Of a stretch of 64,000 bases of DNA, positions 27,696 to 36,207 are shown piece after piece. Position 1 is the stretch's first letter. Each line of letters opens with the position of its first letter. The stretch is taken from the IMG/VR virus record IMGVR_UViG_3300032087_004407, positions 14,890 through 78,889 of that record. The stretch is one strand, 5' to 3'. The stretch comes from a virus. The notes under the pieces were generated by a model. That model worked only from the letters and a program-made list of their open reading frames with translations. It was not told where the DNA came from and did not search any database. The position numbers and the translations under genes were made by a program.

Positions 27696-28124
27696 TTAGC
27701 GCCCTCTTATTAACCAACTGCTACTTTGTACTTTTTCCCCCAAGCCATAAACAGATGTTATACCCAATTCTTCACATATTTTATGTTCTGGAGTATTTTC
27801 GCCATTGGTACGATCACCACCATTGCAAAACATAATTTCTTGGTATGTGTTTTTTTGATTATCATAAATATTTTGTAATGTACGACACACAGTATCATCG
27901 GTATCTGCACACGGTATAACTTTGTCAACACAATAAATAGATTCTACAATACGCATTCTTTCTGCAAATGGCATAAATGGCTTGCCTTTTTTACGAATTA
28001 AAAATTGGTCATTGTTCACAATGACAAAAAGACGGTAGGCTAGTGATTTCGCGCGTTCAAACAATTCTAAATGACCAACATGCAACGGATCAAATCCGCC
28101 ACTTACTATAGAAAGTTTGATCAT
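27696..28124 (-). CDS. Cytidylyltransferase-like (HxGH) nucleotidyltransferase
   Basis: SGGFDPLHVGH, FCNGGDR, KVQSSS. Confidence 0.85.
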   Translation of the reverse strand: MIKLSIVSGGFDPLHVGHLELFERAKSLAYRLFVIVNNDQFLIRKKGKPFMPFAERMRIVESIYCVDKVIPCADTDDTVCRTLQNIYDNQKNTYQEIMFCNGGDRTNGENTPEHKICEELGITSVYGLGEKVQSSSWLIRGR

Positions 28125-28212
28125 TTAGGTTTTAAATCTTTATAAGCATATTTTGGTTTGATAAAAATGTCTTCTTGTAAATCTTCTTTGCTCTTTACGC
28201 CTAATATCTTTT

Positions 28213-28689
28213 TTAAAAGTTTAAATACCATATGCTTTCCTTTTGTTTTTTTGATAAATTTAAATAATCGCCGCCGTCTGGCTCAAAAAATAATATTTCG
28301 TCATCATTTCCTATAACCATATTGATTGCATGTGCAGATCTTGCAGAATTATTATAAGACATAACACCAACAGCTACAGCTTCTGCATCAGTAGCATTTT
28401 TATTTTCAGAATTAAATGTTTGTTTAAAAGCAAGTGAGTTTTCGCGGGCATGGAGAATGTTTAAAAATGTTTTAAAAGTTTGTGAAAAGTTATCGCAATC
28501 CCAATTTGTGCGCCATTTAGTAACTCCAGCAAAAGACAGCCACTTATAATATGCTGGATACGCTTCTTTTTTCAGCCAGTCAGTGTCTAAAACAACATAT
28601 GACTTATCATTCAAGTGAATACTACATTCTTCACTAAAATTTTGTGCTTCTAATAATTTTTTTAGTTTTGTTTTTGTATAAGTTATCAT
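28213..28689 (-). CDS. Papain/transglutaminase-fold Cys protease-like protein
   Basis: WDCDNFS...HAIN...FFEP putative Cys-His-Glu triad. Confidence 0.5.
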   Translation of the reverse strand: MITYTKTKLKKLLEAQNFSEECSIHLNDKSYVVLDTDWLKKEAYPAYYKWLSFAGVTKWRTNWDCDNFSQTFKTFLNILHARENSLAFKQTFNSENKNATDAEAVAVGVMSYNNSARSAHAINMVIGNDDEILFFEPDGGDYLNLSKKQKESIWYLNF

Positions 28690-29450
28690 ATCATGTTAAG
28701 TTTCTTTTTTGCTTGATTAATACGCCAACGATCTTTTTCGTCTAAATTGCCTTTTAAATGATTGTCTATTTGAGCCAGCATAGGGCTTTTCTCGCCTTGA
28801 TGGTCGTTTCGGATACTCTGTATACCTTTTACTAATTTAAGCAGCGTAGAAGTAGCTCCAGAGGCTGGCATTGCAAAAGGCGCGATTACTCCTGTTACTT
28901 TGATAGCAACACCCGCAAGTCCGATTAATATTACACCACCAACAATCCAATATACTTTTTGCATCAAGCTTTGGTATTTAGTAGCCATCAATGCATTTTC
29001 TTGATTGGTAGCTTCTAATTTTGCTTGTGCAGAAGATAATTTACTTTCTAGCAGTTTGTTTTGATTTTGTACCGCGACTAACTGTGAGTCAAGTTGTTGT
29101 AATAACTTTTGACCTTCTTTTTCTTGCTTTGGATCTTCAGATAACAAGTCGTCTACTACTTTAGTGGACTTTATTGCATTTTCTGCTTGTGGAGGCCCTA
29201 AGGCAGTAATTCCACGAGTAGTCATTTGTTTTGCTACTTGTGAATGTTTTGAAGGAGTTGGATCTTTTTGTAACGCTTGATCTGCAGCATATACAAAAGT
29301 TCTGCCGCTTTCAATTTCTTTTTCTTTGTTTTTGTCTATATTTTGACTTATGCCTGTAACAACATCTTTTTGTTTATTAAACTTGCCCAACGGAGTCGAA
29401 CAACCAGCCGCGATTAATGCTACACAAACATATGTAATTTTATTGGACAT
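28686..29450 (-). CDS. Lipoprotein with coiled coil and C-terminal TM helix (u-spanin-like topology)
   Basis: Lipobox LIAAG-C, heptad-rich middle, TM VYWIVGGVILIGLAGVAI. Confidence 0.5.
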   Translation of the reverse strand: MSNKITYVCVALIAAGCSTPLGKFNKQKDVVTGISQNIDKNKEKEIESGRTFVYAADQALQKDPTPSKHSQVAKQMTTRGITALGPPQAENAIKSTKVVDDLLSEDPKQEKEGQKLLQQLDSQLVAVQNQNKLLESKLSSAQAKLEATNQENALMATKYQSLMQKVYWIVGGVILIGLAGVAIKVTGVIAPFAMPASGATSTLLKLVKGIQSIRNDHQGEKSPMLAQIDNHLKGNLDEKDRWRINQAKKKLNMI

Positions 29451-30558
29451 ACTCTTTGGGAACCCATTGAGCAAAGTCAAACCATTCTTTTGCTGGCTTT
29501 AGTCCGCCAATTACAGTATATACTGCAATTCCTGGTTTGTTCGACGTATAAATACCACGATGAACCATACTATCTTTTTCCAACAACCTGTTAAGTTGTT
29601 CAAAGCCATGTTCTAACGCTTCTTGTGGTACGTTATCCATCAATTCATTATTTACTACCATCACACAAGCTGCTACATTGCCAGTAGAAATATCTGCACC
29701 TGCTAAAATATTACGTTTTAAATTGTCACGTATTGCTTTGCTGATGTCTGTATCGTTTGCTTGCTCTGTTTTGATTGGTGTAGCTCCAAAAGTGATAATT
29801 CCAGAATTTAATACTGTGTCAAGGTCTGCCTTGTCAAAAGTAGTATACGAGCTATCTTGTGCAGAAATCTTATTAAACAAGTGAAACAGCGAACAAACAC
29901 TATTGTTGGCTGTACTCCAAAATTTATTAACAGATAATCCTGGATATAATTGTTTTATTTTTTCATTGTTCAAAACAATAAGTGGTGATAAAATACCATC
30001 TTTGGCATATTCAACCACTTTTTGCATTGTTCTTTTTGTATTTTTCGCCACTTGGTTTCCTTCTGCATTGGTTGGCAAAGCAGAAATAAAACCTACTGTG
30101 GCATCAGTATTTTCTTGTGCAATTTTAAATACTACTGGCGCTCCTCCTGCGCCTGTGCCACCTCCCGCACCAGCACAGACCAGCACTCGATCATATGTTG
30201 TGCCTAATTTTGCACGAAAAAAGTCACAAATCTCTTCTGAGTTTTCTTGGAAAATTCTTTCTGCGGTTTCAGGATCTTTACCTGCCCCACCATGGTCGAG
30301 TAGCAATTTTCTGTCCTCGGGGATATTGATATATTTTAAATCCTGCTTTGCGGTATTAATTACGCAAACTCTTCTGTATCCTAAATTCCAGAACGTTTCT
30401 GCTATTCTAGATCCACCTTGACCCACGCCAATAATTGCAAATTTGTAAGCACCCTCAAATTCGTCCTCAATTTCTTGAGTTTGAGCGTTTTCGTCGGGCA
30501 TGGGAATGTCTGGCAAATCAATTCCAATATCATCTATGTTTGAAATATCGTCTTCCAT
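29440..30558 (-). CDS. Tubulin/FtsZ-family GTPase
   Basis: IIGVGQGGSRIA, INTAKQDL, GAGKDP, signature GAGGGTGAG, T7 loop TFDKADL; start MEDDIS follows a GTGTAA motif. Confidence 0.9.
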   Translation of the reverse strand: MEDDISNIDDIGIDLPDIPMPDENAQTQEIEDEFEGAYKFAIIGVGQGGSRIAETFWNLGYRRVCVINTAKQDLKYINIPEDRKLLLDHGGAGKDPETAERIFQENSEEICDFFRAKLGTTYDRVLVCAGAGGGTGAGGAPVVFKIAQENTDATVGFISALPTNAEGNQVAKNTKRTMQKVVEYAKDGILSPLIVLNNEKIKQLYPGLSVNKFWSTANNSVCSLFHLFNKISAQDSSYTTFDKADLDTVLNSGIITFGATPIKTEQANDTDISKAIRDNLKRNILAGADISTGNVAACVMVVNNELMDNVPQEALEHGFEQLNRLLEKDSMVHRGIYTSNKPGIAVYTVIGGLKPAKEWFDFAQWVPKEYVQ

Positions 30559-30649
30559 GATATATATTATTACACATAATACTAAATTTTTCAAAAAATA
30601 AAAAAATATGTGTATACTACATTTAGGGTCCAACCAACAATAATATACT

Positions 30650-30946
30650 ATGGCACAAGATAACAAACCAAAAATCACATTTGCTGATCTGGACAACTTT
30701 TTAAAAATAGCACCAATAATCGGCTTAGCAATTTTAGCTTATTTACAAACACTTTTTCCAAGTAAAACTGAATTTAAAGAAATACAAACTCAGTTGATAC
30801 AGATGGACAAAAAAATAACGGAAATGACTGTTTTACAAAAAGCTATTACAAGTAATACTTCAGACTTGAAACAAATAGATCAACGTCTTAGAATTTTAGA
30901 GCTTGAAGTCGCACGGCACAACGCACAAAAAAACGATGTTAAATAG
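30650..30946 (+). CDS. Small TM plus coiled-coil protein (holin-like?)
   Basis: One hydrophobic helix followed by heptads. Confidence 0.4.
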   Translation: MAQDNKPKITFADLDNFLKIAPIIGLAILAYLQTLFPSKTEFKEIQTQLIQMDKKITEMTVLQKAITSNTSDLKQIDQRLRILELEVARHNAQKNDVK

Positions 30947-32186
30947 GCGCAAATTTCTGGGCGGCATAGGATTATCATTCATGTTGCCAAACTTAGAAGC
31001 TTTAGGAAATATTAAGCCAGACGTAAAACGCTTTGCTGCAGTATATGTTCCTAACGGAATCAATATGCACCATTGGACTCCAAGCTATCAAGGAGATTTA
31101 ATTGATTTGCCTGGTACTTTGTCTCCAATGCAAGATCATATTAACAATATGCACATCTTGTCTGGATTGACTCATGACAAAGCAAGAGCAAATGGGGATG
31201 GCGCTGGAGATCATGCAAGAGCTTGTGCAACTTTTCTTACTGGTGTTCAAGCACATAAGCATGAATCTTTAATACGTTCTGGAAAATCTGTTGATCAATA
31301 TCTCGCAGATAAATACAACGGAGTCACAAGATTCGACAGTTTACAATTTACAGGCTCAAAAGCTAGAATTATTGGTAAGTGTGATTCTGGCTACAGTTGT
31401 GCGTATCAATACAATTTATCATGGAAGTCTGCATCTCAACCAATGGCGTCCATGTATGATCCTAAAGACATTTTCAATAGATTGTTTAAGGTTGAAAAAC
31501 TTGAACAAAAGAAAAAACTATATAAAAAATCAATTTTAGATTTTGTTTTAGAAGAAAGCAAATCTTTGTCTCACAATATATCGTCAAAAGATAAAGCTAA
31601 ACTTGACGAGTATATGTATTCTGTTCGTGAAGTAGAATTAGAGCTAGAAAGGCGCGATCAATTTAATTTATCAAATAATTTTGAATTTAACTTTGATACA
31701 GAACAAAAGTCTGATAAGTTTAGATTAATGTATAGTTTGATGCATTTAGCATTTTTAACAGATACAACTCGCGTAATAACATTTTTAACTGCACATGATG
31801 GCTATAATGGTCCTCATAGAGAAATAGGCGTCAATGAAGGTCATCACAGTTTATCGCATCATCAAAAAGATGAAAAAAAATTAGCAGCGCTTGCTAAAAT
31901 TGATTTGTTCAATGTTAGATTATTTTCTGAATTTATTGACAAACTCAAAAAAGATAACTTGCTAGAAAATACAGACATTATTTACGGCGCAGGAATATCT
32001 GATGGAAATAGACATAATCACGATGAACTTCCATGTTTATTAGTTGGTGGTAAAAATCGCAGAAAACACATACGAGTAGAAAAAGAAAAACCAATGTGTG
32101 ATTTATTTGTTAGCTTATTACATAAACATGATATTGAAGCAAAACATTTCGGTGACTCTACAGGTGAATTTAACATAATTACTTAA
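30936..32186 (+). CDS. DUF1552-family protein with a Tat-like N-terminus
   Basis: NRRKFL..., YVPNG, GDGAGDHAR, SVDQ, CDSGYSCAY..NLSW, TDTTRV.TF, HHSLSHH, DGNRHNH..LP, FGDSTG. Confidence 0.85.
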   Translation: MLNRRKFLGGIGLSFMLPNLEALGNIKPDVKRFAAVYVPNGINMHHWTPSYQGDLIDLPGTLSPMQDHINNMHILSGLTHDKARANGDGAGDHARACATFLTGVQAHKHESLIRSGKSVDQYLADKYNGVTRFDSLQFTGSKARIIGKCDSGYSCAYQYNLSWKSASQPMASMYDPKDIFNRLFKVEKLEQKKKLYKKSILDFVLEESKSLSHNISSKDKAKLDEYMYSVREVELELERRDQFNLSNNFEFNFDTEQKSDKFRLMYSLMHLAFLTDTTRVITFLTAHDGYNGPHREIGVNEGHHSLSHHQKDEKKLAALAKIDLFNVRLFSEFIDKLKKDNLLENTDIIYGAGISDGNRHNHDELPCLLVGGKNRRKHIRVEKEKPMCDLFVSLLHKHDIEAKHFGDSTGEFNIIT

Positions 32187-32190
32187 TAAA

Positions 32191-33039
32191 ATGCCAATAC
32201 CTCCAAACATAAACAACGCTTATAAAGTTTCTCCATCAAGAAATAATAATATTAATTTTAATTATATCTGGGACGAAGGTAATCAATACTGGAGCCCTAA
32301 AGGTGAAAGCTCTTTGAGTTATCATGCGGTAGTTGGCTATGCAGCAGATTTTATTCACAAATTTGGAAGTAATCCTGACGTTTCTAACTCTGTCAGTAGG
32401 ATTGATCCAGAAACTGTTTGGGACGGTTCTACAGAGTATGTTTTTCCTCCTGATTCAGGAACAGGTATACAAATTAAATCTTCACAAACAATTGATAATC
32501 AAGAATTTGTTGTTCAAGGACTTGATGAAAATTTTCTACAACAAAATTGGACAGGTAATTTAAATGGTCAAACAGAAGTTAACATAGATGGAACTTGGTC
32601 AAGGGTTTTTAGAGCATTTAATAACGATAGTACATATATATCTGGCAATATAAATATTCATGCTAGCGGAGATGATTCAACAAGCTACGCTCAAGCTTTA
32701 GTAGGTAATGACCAAACAATGATGGCAATTTATACAATTCCTGCTAATTTTACTGGATATTTGACCGAATACCACATGAGCGCCAGCAACCCTGGAAGTT
32801 CTTCCTCGATAGATTATACAGTTCAAATCAAAACAAGAGAATACGGAAAAATCTTTCGTGTCCAAGAGGTTACTTCCGTAGGCACTACTCATAATGTTGG
32901 ACAAATACTTCCTTTTCCTAACTTTTTAAAACCTAAAACTGATATTATGGTATGCGCAGTTGATGCAAACGGAGGAGGAGGCACACTTAACGCTGACTTT
33001 GACGTTGCCCTGCATCAAGGCGCGGGAAAAACTATTTAA
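32191..33039 (+). CDS. Phage protein, probably virion-associated
   Basis: KFGSNPDV..ETVWDG, VQGLDEN, LNGQT, QTMMAIYTIPA..TGY, beta-rich. Confidence 0.5.
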   Translation: MPIPPNINNAYKVSPSRNNNINFNYIWDEGNQYWSPKGESSLSYHAVVGYAADFIHKFGSNPDVSNSVSRIDPETVWDGSTEYVFPPDSGTGIQIKSSQTIDNQEFVVQGLDENFLQQNWTGNLNGQTEVNIDGTWSRVFRAFNNDSTYISGNINIHASGDDSTSYAQALVGNDQTMMAIYTIPANFTGYLTEYHMSASNPGSSSSIDYTVQIKTREYGKIFRVQEVTSVGTTHNVGQILPFPNFLKPKTDIMVCAVDANGGGGTLNADFDVALHQGAGKTI

Positions 33040-33379
33040 GTTTACCCCAAAACTTATGCTCATAATCTGGAGTATTTTCTTGTATTAAAGCTTGTCTCCA
33101 TTCCGCTTTAGAATATTCAGAAAGTAAAATATGATTACCTGTATTAGTGTCTTCAGACGGTATCCATCTTTTAGCAAGTTGATACATTTGAGCTTCCTCA
33201 TAACCCAACATATTAGTTAAGCTGGCAAACTTTTTTAATAAAGTTTTTTTAGGAGGAGGATTTATTCCTCTCTCTATCTTGCGCCACATAGATTTTTCTA
33301 CCCCAATTATCTTACAGAATTTTTCAAGATTCTTGAAATATTTTATTCTTTGCTGTTTGATGTACTCGTTAAATTTCAT
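33032..33379 (-). CDS. XRE-family HTH regulator
   Basis: LEKFCKIIGVEKSMWRKIERGINPPP. Confidence 0.7.
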   Translation of the reverse strand: MKFNEYIKQQRIKYFKNLEKFCKIIGVEKSMWRKIERGINPPPKKTLLKKFASLTNMLGYEEAQMYQLAKRWIPSEDTNTGNHILLSEYSKAEWRQALIQENTPDYEHKFWGKLK

Positions 33380-34067
33380 TTTAAAAGTTCATGTATAACA
33401 AAACAAATAAATCCAGCTATAGTAGCTTTTATTATATCATAAGCTATTTTACTATTTCTTCTTAATATTGACATTTATAGGTTCGTGTTGTTTAGTTGCG
33501 TAAATATGATGCAATTCGTCGTACGCTTCGTTGTAATTCCACCTTGGACATTTAAAAGACATTGTTTTATGCTTGGGATAATCTTCTTGCCATACCCAAG
33601 TACCGCTGCAGCCAGTAGAAAGAAAAAGAAGAAGCAAACATAAAATTAACCCACCAACAGGGATATATAAAGTCCACGTTTCTAAAAACTTTATTTCTTT
33701 GTCAAGATCCATATTTATAACTCTAATAATAGTTTTTTCATTTTTTAAATTTAGATTTGAATATATCTATAATATATCTTGGGATAATCAATATCCAACC
33801 TAAAAATATAAACAATATCTCTAGAACTTTTTGAAGTTTATTCATTTTTACGTTTTCTTTAGAAATTAATTTATTTATCGCTTCTAAAGATTCTTTGTCT
33901 GCACTCCATCTTTCATCCTTCCATGAAATACAATATATCTTCATCGAATACCAGAACCTACTTTTTCAAATGTTAAATCACTTTCCTGAATATTGCCTGG
34001 GGCTTCACATGATGAAATACATACTGCTGTTATAAAGATAACTCCTATGATGTATAGAATACGTTCT

Positions 34068-34592
34068 TTAGTTTTTTGACTCATTTTCTACATATTGTTT
34101 TTGACTGATAACTGGCGAACTGACGAACTTGATTATCTTTAAAGTTCCTACGCCAACGTTTTTTAACAAGCCGACTGTAGCCATAACTGTGCCTTTACCA
34201 CCTTCTGCCGCGGAACCCACGGCCATGCCAACTGGGACTATCGCAGCTTCTGGATGAGCCTTTACAGCTTTGTAAGTATCTTTAAATTTAAACAGTTGGA
34301 TAACTTCTTTTGCAGGAACTTTTTCTCCAGACTTAGCTGCGTCTTTTAATTTTTTCCAATCAATCTTTATGATTGAATCAGTTACTTCTTGTGAGCCCTG
34401 CATATAATGTCGCACATAATTTCTTTTAAACCAAGTTTTAGGTTTTTTTAATTTCCATTCTGGTTCTTCGGGATTGACCCAACTACCATTTTCATGGATA
34501 ATTGTTTTACCTAGAAACTTTAATTCTTGAGAATCTTCTGCGATTGCATTGAATGCGCAGAAAAACGATAGTGTTAATATTAGTTTTTTCAT
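34068..34592 (-). CDS. Secreted/membrane hypothetical protein
   Basis: Signal peptide MKKLILTLSFFCAFNAIA; starts right after the cyclase stop. Confidence 0.55.
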   Translation of the reverse strand: MKKLILTLSFFCAFNAIAEDSQELKFLGKTIIHENGSWVNPEEPEWKLKKPKTWFKRNYVRHYMQGSQEVTDSIIKIDWKKLKDAAKSGEKVPAKEVIQLFKFKDTYKAVKAHPEAAIVPVGMAVGSAAEGGKGTVMATVGLLKNVGVGTLKIIKFVSSPVISQKQYVENESKN

Positions 34593-34593
34593 T

Positions 34594-36147
34594 TTAATTA
34601 AATTCTGCTTTCTTCGTTCCCCTCCAGTCGGGAAACTCTGTTCTTCCAAAGTTTGGTCCGTAAGCTGTCCACATATGTACAGTCGAGCCGTGCTTGACTA
34701 TAACAGGACCCCAGTCATCAAATTTTAATCCTGGAATATCCATTTGATTTACATATTGATGAACGCCATTGGATATTAGTATATGATCATTGTCACCTGC
34801 ATCCATACATCTTTGCGCCATGTTTATTCCTGCGCCACTAACATTTGGATTATCATTAATATCTTTTACTGGGACAACGGGTCCAGAATATACTCCGTTA
34901 CGTAATCCTATTTGGGGATGTTTGTAAGTCTTTTTACCTACGTCAACAGCACACTTGAATGCAGCATGCACAGAATTAAAGAATACGAGCGCCATGCCGT
35001 CTCCTGTGGGCAATATTATTAGCTTACCCTGTCTATTTGCCTGCTGAAAACCTTCAGTGCCTTTAACGTAAGATATAAGCTCATCTGTAACTCTTTTCTG
35101 TTCGGCCGTACTCTTGTTTGAGTATCCTACAATATCCATAAAATATGTGTGAGCTTCGCAAGGGCTATCATAAACTAGTGACTCGCCTTTTAATTTAAAT
35201 GGATCTTCTCCCCACTTCCATTTAATAACTCGTTGTCTTTTTTTCTTTTCTTCCTCTTGTTGAATTTTTTTTCTAACTTCAGCAGCTTTATCTTCTTTTT
35301 GTTTCATTTTTGCCGCCGCTGCTTCTAGCCTTTTTATTTTATCAGATTTAGATTCAAATAGTTTACCTAATAGTCCATCAGGTTCTTTAGGGACATCTTC
35401 ATATTCATAACCCTTAAATTCTGGCTCGCTATCACCACCAACTTGAACTTGATCTATAGATTGTTTGTATTTGACTTGGCCTCTAGTAGAATGTTTCATT
35501 GCGCCTTTAGAAACCAAATACTTTAACATTTCCTCATTCTCATTATCATTAGCTATTTCCCAAGGATTTAGTTGATCGAGTTCTGGCTCAAATGTAGATC
35601 CATTAACATTAGCTTTGTTTTCGAGTAATAATTTTACTATTTCAAGATTGTTCATTTCAACTGCGTAATGTATTGCCATCCACCCTCTAACGTCTCTTGC
35701 GTTTATTTTTATAGAATCGTCTTCTAACAAACACTCTATTTCATCAATATCTTGCATTTGCACCGCTTGATGCAAGTTTAAGTCTTCGCCGTAGAACTTG
35801 CCGCCTTTTTTAATTAAATTGTTTATTATTTTTGTGCGATTAGGGCCTTCCGCAACGTCCATTGGATAAACTATTGGAGTTTTGTCTGAGTTATCTTCTT
35901 CAAGAGCAAGGTTCCAGTCGTTTTGTTTTTTCTTTTCTGGAGGCACGCTTTTGATGTTTGGCGTAATTCCAGCATCTAACATTAATTGCACGATTTTAGC
36001 TTTACTGTGGTGAGAAGCGTAGTGCATTGCACTCCACCCCAGCTCTTTATCTGGAGATAAAAAAACTTTTTTATTAGTCATTTGGGATAACGCTTTTTTT
36101 ATACCCTTAATGTTACCGTTGATAGCTAAATTGTGTATTTCTCCCAT
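34594..36147 (-). CDS. Ankyrin-repeat plus class III nucleotidyl (adenylate/guanylate-type) cyclase
   Basis: GWSAMHYA and GWMAIHYAV ankyrins; FMDIVGYS, PTGDG, LRNGVYSGPV, GAGINMAQR, ILIS, VKHG. Confidence 0.9.
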   Translation of the reverse strand: MGEIHNLAINGNIKGIKKALSQMTNKKVFLSPDKELGWSAMHYASHHSKAKIVQLMLDAGITPNIKSVPPEKKKQNDWNLALEEDNSDKTPIVYPMDVAEGPNRTKIINNLIKKGGKFYGEDLNLHQAVQMQDIDEIECLLEDDSIKINARDVRGWMAIHYAVEMNNLEIVKLLLENKANVNGSTFEPELDQLNPWEIANDNENEEMLKYLVSKGAMKHSTRGQVKYKQSIDQVQVGGDSEPEFKGYEYEDVPKEPDGLLGKLFESKSDKIKRLEAAAAKMKQKEDKAAEVRKKIQQEEEKKKRQRVIKWKWGEDPFKLKGESLVYDSPCEAHTYFMDIVGYSNKSTAEQKRVTDELISYVKGTEGFQQANRQGKLIILPTGDGMALVFFNSVHAAFKCAVDVGKKTYKHPQIGLRNGVYSGPVVPVKDINDNPNVSGAGINMAQRCMDAGDNDHILISNGVHQYVNQMDIPGLKFDDWGPVIVKHGSTVHMWTAYGPNFGRTEFPDWRGTKKAEFN

Positions 36148-36207
36148 ATATTTATTTTACACGATTTTTATGCAAAAAAGTGTATATATAATCAAAGGGC
36201 AAGCAAA

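Noticed and set aside
29440-30558. Nucleus-forming jumbo phage, inferred from the tubulin gene
   Set aside because: No chimallin-like or multisubunit RNAP genes recognised; transcription appears to rely on host RNAP; the rest of the genome is unseen
26453-36147. Host chromosomal DNA or a prophage boundary
   Set aside because: The bacterial-like genes are interleaved with phage genes, share phage AT content, and several carry the phage GTGTAA motif
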